Source of the DNA: Lama guanicoe
Taxonomy: Eukaryota
DNA: 64,000 nucleotides
Direction of reading: 5' to 3'
Assembly: GCA_013239625.1 (NCBI GenBank)
Contig: MU054001.1
Span: forward strand, 5,629,078 to 5,693,077
Part shown: one piece after another, positions 52,591 through 64,000 of the stretch
How the letters are laid out: each line of letters opens with the position of its first letter
How positions within the stretch are numbered: position 1 is the stretch's first letter
The notes under the pieces: generated by a model
What the model was told of the DNA's origin: nothing
Databases searched by the model: none
What the model saw: only the letters and a program-made list of their open reading frames with translations
Translations under genes and position numbers: made by a program

Positions 52591-52934
52591 CTGCTACCCC
52601 CCAAAAAAGTAAACTGAAGAGATCTCCTTGGCTGACTGGCCCTGAGGACTAAGGGAAAGCAAGAAGTCCAAGGATACATATTTCTGAATCCAGTCTGCAA
52701 CGTTTGTAATTCCCTGTGGGTTACTGTGTTCCAGTTTTTTAAAAGTGGTTATTAGAATAGCAGCCCGAAGATGAAAACACGTGCACTGAATTAAACAACA
52801 CATAAAAACCTAAATTACAAAAACCTGTGTGTATTTTCAAACCAATGATGAGTGGTTTAAATAGCATTTGACAGATTATTTGGAGTGATGCAGAGAGAAA
52901 ATTACCCTTCTTGAGTTACAAAAATGTAGTCATC

Positions 52935-54050
52935 TTTTTTAATAGCTTTATTGAAAGATCATTCATATACTGCACATTTCACCCATTTAAAGTGTAAATT
53001 CAATGGATTGTTAGCATATTCACAGTGGGGCAACATTACCACAACCAATTTTAGAATATTATATTTGCCCCCAAAAGAAACTCTGTACCCTTTAGCAATC
53101 ACTCTTAAATCCCTCCCCCTGCCCCCACCCTTCATCCCCTCAGCCTTAAGCAATCTTTCTGTCTGCATAGATTTGCCTGTTCTGGACATTTCACATAAAG
53201 GAAATCATATAATAGATGGTCTTTTGTCATTAGCTTCTTTCCTTAGCATGATGTTTTCAAGGTTCATCATGTTATATATCAATATTTCATTCCTTTTTCT
53301 TGATAAATAACATCCCATCATATGGATAAACCACATTTTAATTTATCATGTATCCATTGGTGGACATTTGGGTTGTTTCCACTATAATGACCAATGCTTC
53401 TATGAACATTAGTGTACAAGTTTCCATGTGGACATATATTTTAGATTTTCCTGGTGTCAACTTAGAAGTGGCAACTGCTGGGTCCTATGGTAGCTCCATT
53501 TCTGAGGAACTGCCAGACTGTTCTCCAAAGTGGCTGCACCATTTCACATTCCCACCTGCAGTGTGTGAGGGTTCCAATTTCTACACGTCCTTACCAACAC
53601 TGGTTATTATCTGTCTTTTTTAATAATAGTCGTCACACTGTATGTGCAGTGCTATCTCACTGCGGAGTTTCTTTCTTTATTTTTTAATTGAAGTTTATTC
53701 AGTTTACAATGTGTCAATTTCTGATGCATAGCATAATATTTCAGTTACATGTATACATACATATATTCTTTTTCATTATAGGTTACTACAAGATATTGAA
53801 TATAGTTCCCTGTGCTATACAGAAGTTTGTTTTTTATCTGTTTTATACGTAGTAATATTTGCAAATCTCTAACTCCCAATTTATCACTTCCTACCCTCTT
53901 TCTCCCCAGTAACCATAAGTTTGTTCACTGTGTCTGTGAGTCTGTTTCTGTTTTTTAGATGAGTTCGTTAGTGTCTTCTTTCTTCTTTTTTTTCATTGTG
54001 GTTTTGATGTCTGTTTCCCTGATGGCTGATGATATCGAGCCTCTTTTCCT
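52935..54050 (-). mobile_element. L1MB-like 3' fragment with a young L1 insert (~53670-53995)
   Basis: tcacccatttaaagtgtaaattcaatgg; the insert begins ttttaattgaagtttattcagtttacaatgtgtcaatttctg. Confidence 0.8.
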
Positions 54051-54434
54051 GCATCCAGTTTATCTTTGAATTCTCTCTCCTCTCTCACTTCCCTGCCCTG
54101 CTTGTCTAAGCCCTCACCATCTCTTCCTGGTTTGCATGCCTTCTAACTGGCCTTCCCATCTTCCACTCTGCTCCCTCAAATGCAATCTCAAATCGTATCT
54201 CATTCTGCATAGAACCTTTAATGATTCCTAGTTGCCCAAAGGACAAAGCCCAAACTTCTGAGTGTGGCATTTGAGACCTTTCACAGTCTATCCCCAACCT
54301 GCCTCTCTCAGTCCTCTCTCTCTCTGTTCCCTCCTGTGCAGCTGTGCTGTTCCCACTGCTAGTCTTCCCTGCCCTGCAGTGTCCACCCAGTCAGCACTTA
54401 CTAGCCTTCATATAGGATATTCTGAGTGGAGCCA

Positions 54435-54870
54435 GGCAGGGCCGCCATGCTGCACACCCCCAAGGGTTCCCACTCTCATTGTAATCAACACTGGATGTTA
54501 TCAAAGAACAGCCCACAGGCCAAATCCAGCCCATCACCTGTTTTTGTATAGTGCACAAACTAAGAATGATTTTTTACATTTTTTAATGATTGTAAATAAT
54601 GAAAAATTAGAATAGTTCGGGGCACAATTCAGTGCCTACAAGCAAAGTTTAACTGGAATTCAGGCAAGCTCATTTGTGTCCATTAGGTCTATGGGTCTAT
54701 GGCTGCATATGTTGGCTATGACAGCAGAGCTGAGTAATGGCAATGAAGACAGTATGACCCCAAACCATAAAATATTCACTATCTGGTGTTGAACAGAAAA
54801 AAATTCATCAAACCATAGTCTAGGTGAACGGAGTCCCAGAGTTGTGCAGTGCACAACCTAGGTGGGTGTG
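54435..54870. mobile_element. MER91-like hAT element interrupted by MER58 (~54490-54820), within L2 remnants
   Basis: cagggccgccat / gttgtgcagtgcacaacct; MER58 motifs caggccaaatccagccc and taaaatattcactatctgg. Confidence 0.6.
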
Positions 54871-55949
54871 CCCCAGGAACCCTGCCTCCCGGAACTCTCT
54901 TCACACCGCTACTCTAATATTTTTCACAGGCTTTGTCTTTCCCCCACAGACCTGAGACTAGCCCCATGGGTCTCATTCATCTATGTTTCCGGAGTGTAGC
55001 CCACGGTCTGGCACAGAGAAAGACCTCCATAGATGTCTGCAGCACTGCATTGCTTTAAATATTTCCTGGATACTGAAGATGAATTAAGAAAACACTAAAT
55101 GTTTCAGGATTCATGTAATTCAGAAAAACAATGGTAGCCCTGCTGGCAAATTTCTAGAGCCGTTGTTTCTGAGTTTAAAAACATTCCCATCCTCGGGCAT
55201 AACGTGTGATTCTTTTACCTCTCTTCTCTCAGAAAAGTGCTACTTGGCGTCTTTAATTGAATCAAATTAAAATCACTGTGGTTGGTGTGGGATGTGGGTG
55301 GCGTCACGGCACCCCTACGGTGGCTGAGACAGCCCAGGCTGCACAATTGAGAGTCAAGCCCTCAGAGCGTGGTTCCAACTGGGGCAGATTGAGGCCGAGG
55401 TTCACCTGGCGGAATCAGAGATCTGAGATCAGAGGTTTGGAGAGGGTGGTAGAATCAGAACGCCAAGGCTGTTAGCCTTAAGAACTATGTATGTAACTCA
55501 GGGAAAAGGCACCAGGTAATATTGAGCCCATACTTTAGTGCTGGGTACTCAGAAGAAGGCTTCTGGGCTTCCTTATCTCATTTAGACCCTGAAAAAAAAA
55601 ACTTTTCTCAGTTGAGGACACAGATCCAGAGAGATGACACTGCTGGTCCATACCCTGTAGAACTCAGGTTCAAATCCAGATCTCATGGTCCCCTGCCTGT
55701 TCCTCTCTGTCTACTGCAGACACCGGATAAGTCTCATCAAGAGCTGGGGCTCACTTTTTCAGTAAGACTTGTATTGCTCATGGCTTCTTTTCAGCTCCTG
55801 AAATTCATTTATTCCCCTGCGGAGAAAAGGCCTAACCTCTTAACATGAATTAGAAGGCCCATCCCTGCCCTGCCACCTCCTTCTCCACCTACATCTTCCT
55901 TCAATCTCCCCTCTCCTGCCCCATGCCTGGTCACCAGGCCAGCCAAACA

Positions 55950-56150
55950 AAACTTAAATAATAGCTAAGACGTAGTGCTGTTCTAAGCCATTTCACCCAT
56001 ACAGACTCATTTATATCCTAAGGAGTAGTGCAATTATCAGTCCTATTTTATAGATGAGGGAACTGAGCACAGAGAGGTTAAATAACTTGCCTAGGGTCAT
56101 ACAGCCGGTAAGAGGTAGAGTTGGAATTTGAACTCAGGCAAGTCTAACTC
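55950..56150 (-). mobile_element. MIR SINE
   Basis: attttatagatgaggga actgagcacagagaggttaaataacttgcctagggtcat. Confidence 0.8.
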
Positions 56151-56249
56151 GAGAAAGCCTAAGAGCTAATCCAACAAGTTCTTCATCTCTGGCAAATGCT
56201 GTTTCTTTTTGATGGGCCACCCTCTATCTGCCTTCTAATCTCAGTTCTC

Positions 56250-56565
56250 TTTTCCTAATCCATTCTCCACCTGGGCTGACTAATGCTACTCATTCTTCAG
56301 ATTTCAGCTAAAATATCACCTCCTCTGAGAAGCCTTCCATGATTTCCTGTGCTGTCCAGCTATCACTCCACCAGCACCCTCTGTTTCCCCTCCCTAGCAC
56401 TTGTCACCCTCTACCAACAGAACTGTTTGCTAGCTGGCCTCCCTCACCAGACTGCAGACGCTGTGAAGCCAGGGAGCATGCTTGTCAGGCTTCTGTGAAT
56501 CGGGTTTCCACTCTGACACTCAGCCTGACACAAACTAATCCATATGTGTGGAATGAATAAATTCA
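56250..56565 (+). mobile_element. L2 3' fragment
   Basis: ctcattcttcagatttcagctaaaatatcacctcctctgagaagccttcc...gtggaatgaataaa. Confidence 0.65.
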
Positions 56566-59500
56566 GCAGTGAACTTCTTGGCAAAACCTCTACTATGGAT
56601 CAGAGTGAAGGTAGAAAGTCAACTCAGGTTGACTTTCATGCTACCTGTTGTAAGATCTGTGGGTGGGGGAGTCAGGAGAGAGAGAAAGACAGAGTAGACA
56701 GCGAGCAGGGGTCAGTACATTGGTGAGGGTGCTCCTGTATCTTCTCTTTCCTCCACTCCCACAAGTCACCAAGAATTTGTGGTATTGTATTTGTAGCTTT
56801 TTAGCACAGATCTAAACATCACCTTTGACAACCGAACAGTTCCAAGAGCCATTCTGTCTAGGCTCTTAGTCAACACCGCTGCGGGCAGAGCCACTAAGCA
56901 GCGAGATGCTCCAGGATGGTACAACCCTGTGCAGTAGACGGACCGAGGACCTTTGACTCAGCAGCAGGTGAGGAGGGGGGAGGGAAGAGCAGTGGAGTCC
57001 TCTAGTGTGAAAAGAAGGAGCCAGATCCCTCCACACCATTCCTGGCAAGAAACAGGACATCTGGTAACAGTGGTTGCCCTGGGAGACTTCAGGACGGGGA
57101 TGGGAGGGAGAATTCCTTTTTCCTGGAGACCCTTGGAAATGTTGGATTTCATTTTATTTATTTTTTTACTAGGGATATGTATTGTCTACTTAAAAATAAT
57201 TGAGATGTTGATCTTTAAAAGTGAAAGTAAAAACAAGTGAAAGTAGGCGTTAGAATATTTGCAGACTTCCTGACTCACTCAGGGCTTCTGCCCTCTGAGC
57301 CTCTGCGGGGGTGGCCCTGGCTGCTGGCCCTGAACACGTTTCGGCGGGTTATCTAATCAATTTGCGCAGGCTCACAGCCGTCCCCTCCTGACACAGCACT
57401 TCCTACACCCTTTTGGAATTTCAGGCCATCTCAACTTTCCCCAAGTGACTTAGGGAGGGTGTTTCCCAGTGCCCAGCTGCCTGCTGGCAAGCCTGGGCGG
57501 TATGAGGGAAGGATGTTGCACTTTCAGATCCCAGATATGGCCGGTTAGACCACCCTGGAAAGGGTACATGTGGGTATGGGAGGATTGGAAGGAGCTCTCC
57601 CTAAGTTTTTTTCCCTTTTTCTTTAAACTTTATCATTTGAATTGTTACAATCTGTATAACATTACTTTACAAACAATTGAAGGTATAAACACGGCCTGAT
57701 CAACTCCCAGATGCAAGCAGCCCGCTGAGGGCCAATACTGTGTCCTGTGGGAGAGGCCCCAGCCCTTGAGATAAGCAGGCCACCTGCATCCAGAGGACTC
57801 ACATGTGACTCCGAAACACAACCAGGTGAAAACAGGTGCTTTAGGCAAGAGGGATTCACAGAGGGTTTTGGGCAGGAGAGTGCAATGTTTGGTCCACTGT
57901 GAACAGAGGTGTTCTTGAATTGCTCACTCGGCTTGCCCCCGGCACAGTTTCTTGTAAACTTCTTATAAGCTTTCCAAACTTTTGTTTTTTTCTCACTCCA
58001 TCCTGAGCACACCACCTCCTACCTTCCCAGTCTTTACCATCTCAATAAATGAACAACCCCACTTGGTGCTTAGGCAAAACAATTATTTTGATTCTTCCTT
58101 TTCTCTCCTTCCTAATAGCTAGTCCTGTGAACTTCCTCTCTAGAATATATCTCCAGTTCACCTTCTTCTCTCTACACTTAAGCTACAACCAAAGCCCAGA
58201 CCATCCCTCACCTGCGGCACTACGACAGCCTCTCACTTGTCCCCTCCACACCACTCTTGCCCCTGCGCAGTCCCTCTTGGTCTTAGACAGAATGCTCTTG
58301 CTCAGCCACAAATCAAACCTGCTTACTCACTGAAACTCTCTGATGACTCCCTGGCACACATAAGATAAAGGAGAAACTCTGTAATGGGACCCGCAAGACT
58401 GTCCCCAGCATCAGCCTCGAACCCATCTGCTATAGCGTCCCCACGTGCATCCCACTCTCCACGTGGATGTTTATTAGCAATTCCATGGTTTTTCATGCAG
58501 TTTCATGTCTCTGCACATGCTTGTCCTCCTAGGATCGCCTTCTTCACTATCATCAGCTCCTTTCTTCTTCCCCCCTTGCTCCCCAAATTATATCCACTTG
58601 GCCCTATCTACATTTACTAGTAGAAAAATCAAAATTTCAGCTCCTCCTCAAACCCTCTCCTACTCTTTGACCAGTGGATCACGTTCCTTTAAACCTGATG
58701 AATCATCTGGCTGATTTTCTTAAAAAATCTAATCAACAAGTTACAGAATTCACCAAATTGGGGGATATCATCTGACAACTGTTCAAGGGATCCAGGACGC
58801 AGTGCCTCTGGAGTGGTGCCGTGTTGAGGCTCTGATGCACACCTGAGGAAGGAGGTTCCAGCCTGACCTGACCCATCTGATGTCACAGACACACAACCAC
58901 TATTCTGAGAGCCGTGCTGCACGTCGCGAGAGGTACTTCCCTTGCGTCAGCCACTCCCTGGGCTGGGGCCCTTGTGCTTAGACATGTGCAGGGGTAGGAA
59001 AAGGGTAATGCTACTTCACTAACTCTCAGAGCATCACACCTACCACCTACCTTCTCTGAACAGCTAATATCCTTAGTCACAAATATATTTTTGAGCTATT
59101 TATTCCCTAAGCCAACTCTTGCATAAATTGTTTTCAACAAATACATACACCACTCTGTTCTGATGAATCACATTTGAAGACTGGTGGGCAAGACTGGGGT
59201 CATCGATGGGTTTCATGCACTGTTCGGGGTAGGCGATTTTCTGAGCGAAGCCAGATTGCTTTGGTCGCTAAGTAACAAATTGTTGTTAGTGGAAAAATTG
59301 GGTGAGGTGAGGGTTGTGCAATTGTGTCCTTGCCCTGACACCCTACCTTTTCAGCAGAGGTATTTCCATCAGAGAGCAGGGGCTGCCGTGAATCTTGCTG
59401 AGGCCGTCGTGTGTGGATACGTGTCTGTACCTAGCATTCAGGAGGTGCAGAGGGATGTCACAAAATTCTTGTGTGAGTGCCAAGAAGGGGCGGGACTAGA

Positions 59501-60334
59501 CAGAGGAGACTTCTGGCCCGCCCTGTGAACTCAAAGGGCAGAGCCCACTTCCTGGACATTGCCCATCCCATCCTTGAGCTCCGATGGACCTTGAGGAAAA
59601 CATCTTGCCAGTCTCCGAGACGCAGGACCACTGAGGCGGGAGGGGCTGGGGGAGGAGGAGGCACTCAGCCACTTGGCAGCGCCTTGGTAAGCATTACTCA
59701 GGCGTGTGCACTGTGACCCCGGCCTACTCCTGATTTGTTGCTGCACGTTAGGAAATTAGTATGTGCAGTGACCCGGCTGACTAATGGGAGTGACTGACAA
59801 GGCCTCTGTCTTTGCAGTAAGGTGCAAATTTGAGCTCACTTTGGGAAGGATGGTTTGTGAGGTCAGTTTAGAGTATTTTAGGCCATTGGGCATGTCTCTC
59901 CTGACAAGGTCCGCACATGTCCTACCTAACAAACAGGTTTGTCTTTTTGATTTTGTAGAAAAAAAAAAAGACACAAGCTCTTATTTTTACCTTTTAGGAT
60001 TGTAAGAAGTGTTGCCCAATCCTTCAAGATAGGTAAAGTTAGATAATAAATAAGGGTTTGTGAACATTCCATCCAATTACCATAGATGTTTCTCCAGCTC
60101 TAACATTTTAAAATTCTGTGTATCTCAGGGATGTGGGCCACTCAAACGTGTTGAGCAAAGTAGGACGAAGCCCACACACCAGAGCACTGACTTAAGAATT
60201 TACTAAAATTAAGAGATCGAATCTGCAGTCGTTGAATTGGTGCTCTGAAATAGGAACCAGGTAAAGACTTGTGTTAATCCCCTCCTTCCATAAATGCATG
60301 TGTCTCACAACCCCTCTCCGTGACGATAGAAGTG

Positions 60335-61022
60335 TGTAACAGAGCAGGGCCCTCTGGGGGCCTTCCCAGGACAGACGCCTCCCCGTGTCCTCCGCCTACC
60401 TTTTGTAAGTAGAAAAAGTTTAGCCGAAGAATAAAACTAACCAGCAAAATGAGAGAACACAGAAACAAAGAAAAATAGTCAAATAGGACAAAATAATATC
60501 AGTTTCATCATTAAACAAAGTCAAGGACCTTTAGTTCCTCTTCAAAGGCAATCGATACTATTCTGAGACACATCCTTTGAGCTGTTTTGTAGACACTGAA
60601 ACCCCCACCAGGTGGAAGAAGTTAATTACACGATGACCAGACTGCAACCATGACATGAGTTGCTCCATCTTACACAATTCCAAGAACTGGCCTCAAGGAG
60701 AGGGGAACAAACCGACCCTAGAACTGAAGATTAACTGTACTTAAAATAACCAGGACGATGCTGATCAGACCACTGCATGACCAGTTTCAAGATGACTGTT
60801 GGAGCTGCCTGTGCAGTTCTGCATGTAGCTGCCTCCCTGTACCTACACACTCCTGAGAATCCCCTTTTAAAGCACTTGCCCCCTGATCAGCAGGGGAGGA
60901 TTGGCCTTTGGACAGGAGTCCACCTTCTCCCCAAGTTGCCGGCCTTCTGAATAAAGCAACCTTTCCTTTCATACCAGCACTTGTCACTCAAGGATTGACT
61001 TTCAAGGTGAGCAGCCAAACCA
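60335..61022 (+). mobile_element. ERV1-class solo LTR (approximate ends)
   Basis: Starts TGTAACAG; U3-like purine-rich segment; ccttttaaaagc-type TATA region; AATAAA 60950-60955 followed by gcaacctttcctttc. Confidence 0.65.
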
Positions 61023-62271
61023 AGGAGAGCAGTTTTTCTAAGGTGGAGTCACTTCCTAGATGCTCTGACCTCCAGTCAGCCCCATTCCCTTTCTTCTGCA
61101 TTTGCCTTTTCCTTTACCAGGACCTTAAGCCCTCTAACGTTTCCCCATTCTTCCATTTGTCACTCTTGTATGGCCTTCCTTCTCTGTTTGGAAATTTGGT
61201 CCCACACACAGGAGCATGGTAATAATCAAGAGTCCAAATTTCTTAGGTATTCAAACCCAATGTGACTCCACCTCTGTATCCAGAGGTAGCTCCCCTCCTC
61301 CCAGGACAGACTTGTGTGCACAGCACCCATGCCCTTGTGCCCCTCCCATACGCATGGTCCCTCCACACCCAGCCTTGGGTCCAGGCTAAATGCTGCCTCC
61401 TCCTTTGAGGTGTGCCCCCTACATGGAATTTCTGACTCGTCTATGGCAGAACTCACCTCTGGGGTTATTCAAATTAATTCAATTTATCTGTGTTCCGGTC
61501 ATGTCCCTCATGAGATAGTAAACGCCTTAAGGATTAGGGAATGAGAGCTCATACTTTTGCTAGTCCCTGCTGAGCTTAGTAATAGGAAAACAATACATTT
61601 TTTAAATGAGTGAATGAATTTTCAAAGAACTTCTCTCTAATTTTAGTTTTTCAGGCCAGTTATTGACACCTTCCCCTCGACTACATACACAAGACAAAGA
61701 AACTAATCTCTTTATAAAACAGCGGAAGGAGAAGGACCAACATTCAATGTGTTTACGACCCCAAAATTTTCTTTCTCTTTATTCAATGGTGGATCTTATT
61801 TTTGACATTATAGTGAATTGCGTTTTATTTTTAGCATTTAAAATCATTTTTATCGTAAAGTCATACAGCTAATAGTAAACAGTTATAACAATATACATGT
61901 AATTAATGTGGAAACAGCCACGTTTGCTCCATCAGGATTACAGAAGAGGACCCCCATGGTGCTGCCCATGGCCCTGGACAGGGCAGTGATGTTGGCCAAC
62001 GCAAATGCACAAAAAGATAGCTTGAGGTCCTTGATAAACCTCACTCTTCTTTTCTTCTGAGGAAGATACAAAATTGGCAACGTCTTTGTACTGCAAAGCT
62101 TATAATACACTGCAATGCTAGTGGGCTTCCCTTAGAATGTTAGTGTTATGACAGCTTCTAAATAAACCCCCTGGCCATTTTTTTTTATACCCCAGAAATA
62201 GCAGAGAGTTCCAGGCCATTCTGTGCTGTGTCTGGATGCTGCGAGAATGAGTGAATCGAAGCTGCATCACC

Positions 62272-62715
62272 TGAGTCAAACTTGGAACTTCACATTTCTT
62301 GGGAGCTAACTCTCCATCCAGCCACAGTCCCATGGATGTTGGCAGAAGACAGGAGATTCCTGGGTCAGAGGCAAAGGAAGGGATTACTCACAGCAAGAGC
62401 AGCAGCCGAGTCCCTGTATTTTCTTGTGCCAGTTTCCCAAGCCCCAGTCCCCACAGGGAGAGGTGAAGGGGACCAGGCAGCACGCGCACTTACAGTGGGC
62501 TGCATTACAGGATGGGGACTCTGCGTGTATTCGGGAATCCAGATCCCTTATAATGGGCACTGAGCCCATTTGCTCCAGAGCAAAGCATTCTATCTTCCAA
62601 GGCTGCTCTTTGCTCTGGACAGAGGCACCACGTCTCTCTTCAAAGACCGTTCACTACCCAGACATCTTTAAAACATCCTGTTTTATTTAAGAGACCCAGA
62701 GACAATTGTCTCCCA
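62272..62715 (-). mobile_element. ERVL LTR (MER74/MER54-like)
   Basis: gttggcagaagacaggagattcctgggtcagaggcaaagga...attactcacagc. Confidence 0.55.
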
Positions 62716-64000
62716 GAAGCAGGGTTCTACTTTTCCTGATGCTTTGAGTTAAATAATGGGAATCATAACCAATAAGTAGCAGTACATTCAAATAGATCAA
62801 AATTTACCATGTGCTCCTTGGTTGTGGAGGGCAGGGTGGTCAGAAAATAAATTAATAAAGGGCTCTTTGAGGAGGTGATAAAGAAGCTGAGGCCAGATTT
62901 ACAGAGTCACATGAAGATCCAGGGTAAGAGAGGCAGGCAAGGGCCAGACGCTGTCGGGCAGGAGTTGGGACTGTCCTCTGGTATGGTGAGAAGCCACCAG
63001 AGGGTTTAAAGCAGGCTTCTAGGTCACACAACCAACGTGGAAATACAGCACTCAAAGGGGCACCTCCTGGTTCTAGTGTCCCAGGCTTCAGGTCATCCAT
63101 GTGAATAAAGGGGACATTCAGCCAAAGTCAATTAAAAACCTAGTTTTCAGTGGGTCCTCATGGAGCAGCAGAAAGCCATGGTCTCTGCACCGGCAGCCTG
63201 GGCCTTTGGGACACAACTCCAGAGCAGAACTGACACCAGACCCTCCGCTCCTGAGTCTGGCCTTTTTAATAGCTGACCCCGCCCGGGTAGCGGAGCGTGC
63301 ACAGTGCTAGAGGGACAGACCCAGCCAAGAGCAGAGTGCGGCCTCATGGGTGAGGCCACCCGGGCTCCCATCCCAGCCTAGCTGCAGCCTCCGATGGTTA
63401 CCTAGCCTCTCTAGGGCCGCTCTGTCCTCTGTAACTGAGGACCACAGTGGTGCCTCTTCCATGGGGTGGTAATGAGGGAGGCAGGAGGAGCTCAGTACAG
63501 CGTGGGGCCCAAAGAGGGCTTCAACCCACATTCAAAGTCAAGCCAAGAGGGGCCGCAGCCCGGGGAACAAGACCTGTGAGCTGTGCAGACACGGCAGGAC
63601 ACTGAGGGCCTCAGGGAGGCGGGATGGCTTTCTCAGTCCCTCCAGCAGCTCCACCAGGCTCTGTCACTTGTCCTGGAAAGTGGTAAAGAAATAAAAGGTG
63701 ACAGGGAGGCAGAGGGGTGTGAAGAAATGGACTTCGGACTCAGACAGACCTCGGTGTGAAGGCCAGCTGCACCACTGCCTGCCTGTAACGACCTTGGCTG
63801 GGCTGGTTACACTTCCCGAACTTTCTTTTCCTTGTTTATAAAGTGGGGAGATCCTACCAGAGTGAGGATTAGGTGAGTTCATGTTTAGTGGCCGACACAG
63901 AGTGGATGTCCAGTAACTAGTACGTCTTCCAGGGCCTTTTCATTTTTTTCAGTAAAGATTGGCCCCTGTGCACAGGATGAGAGCTGGAAAGGCGTTTCTG

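Larger units (their letters stand above)
55304..63462 (-). pseudogene. Candidate multi-exon protein-coding gene or unitary pseudogene of unknown family (9 predicted exons, one in-frame TGA)
   Basis: Hand-built exon chain with GT-AG boundaries and matching phases: 63462-63402, 62270-62191, 62056-61922, 59740-59549, 59430-59347, 59267-59151, 58976-58754, 56950-56823, 55405-55304. ATG in ccccATGG context. Terminal TGA at 55306-55304 followed by ATTAAA (55257-55252). In-frame TGA at 58949-58947. Several donors are weak. Confidence 0.45.

Noticed and set aside
59160..59190. CTGATGA motif suggesting a hammerhead ribozyme or C/D snoRNA (also ~58696)
   Set aside because: No correctly placed GAAA or stems and no terminal stem; better explained as antisense of candidate exons
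59184..59528. 114-aa plus-strand ORF
   Set aside because: GTG start and no homology recognised; likely the shadow of minus-strand exons
1..64000. CRISPR arrays, operons, rRNA or other prokaryotic systems
   Set aside because: The sequence is mammalian; no regularly spaced repeat-spacer array or rRNA-like sequence was seen

Overview
Mammalian genomic DNA, most likely camelid: ten copies of a tRNA-Ala(AGC)-derived SINE of the Vic-1 type sit alongside ancient eutherian L1M, L2, MIR, MaLR/ERV LTRs and MER DNA transposons. Much of the window is interspersed repeat and nearly all short ORFs in the track are noise. Two gene-like objects stand out. (1) An intact, intronless cTAGE5/MIA2-like ORF (43636-44343, +) with a compact promoter, AT-rich 3' region and A-tail, lying in a ~4.45 kb L1-headed block bounded by a candidate target-site duplication. 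This suggests L1-mediated re-mobilisation of a retrogene together with its promoter. (2) A phase-consistent chain of nine candidate exons on the minus strand (63462 to 55304) encoding an unrecognised ~373-codon protein with one in-frame TGA, i.e. a possible unannotated or recently disabled gene. Smaller features include a solo ERV1-type LTR rich in transcription-factor motifs, a piggyBac-like fossil, a double fold-back insertion in an L1, nested SINE/L1 insertions and local duplications. All repeat family names and homologies were recognised by eye from remembered consensus sequences, no database search was run, and repeat boundaries are approximate.
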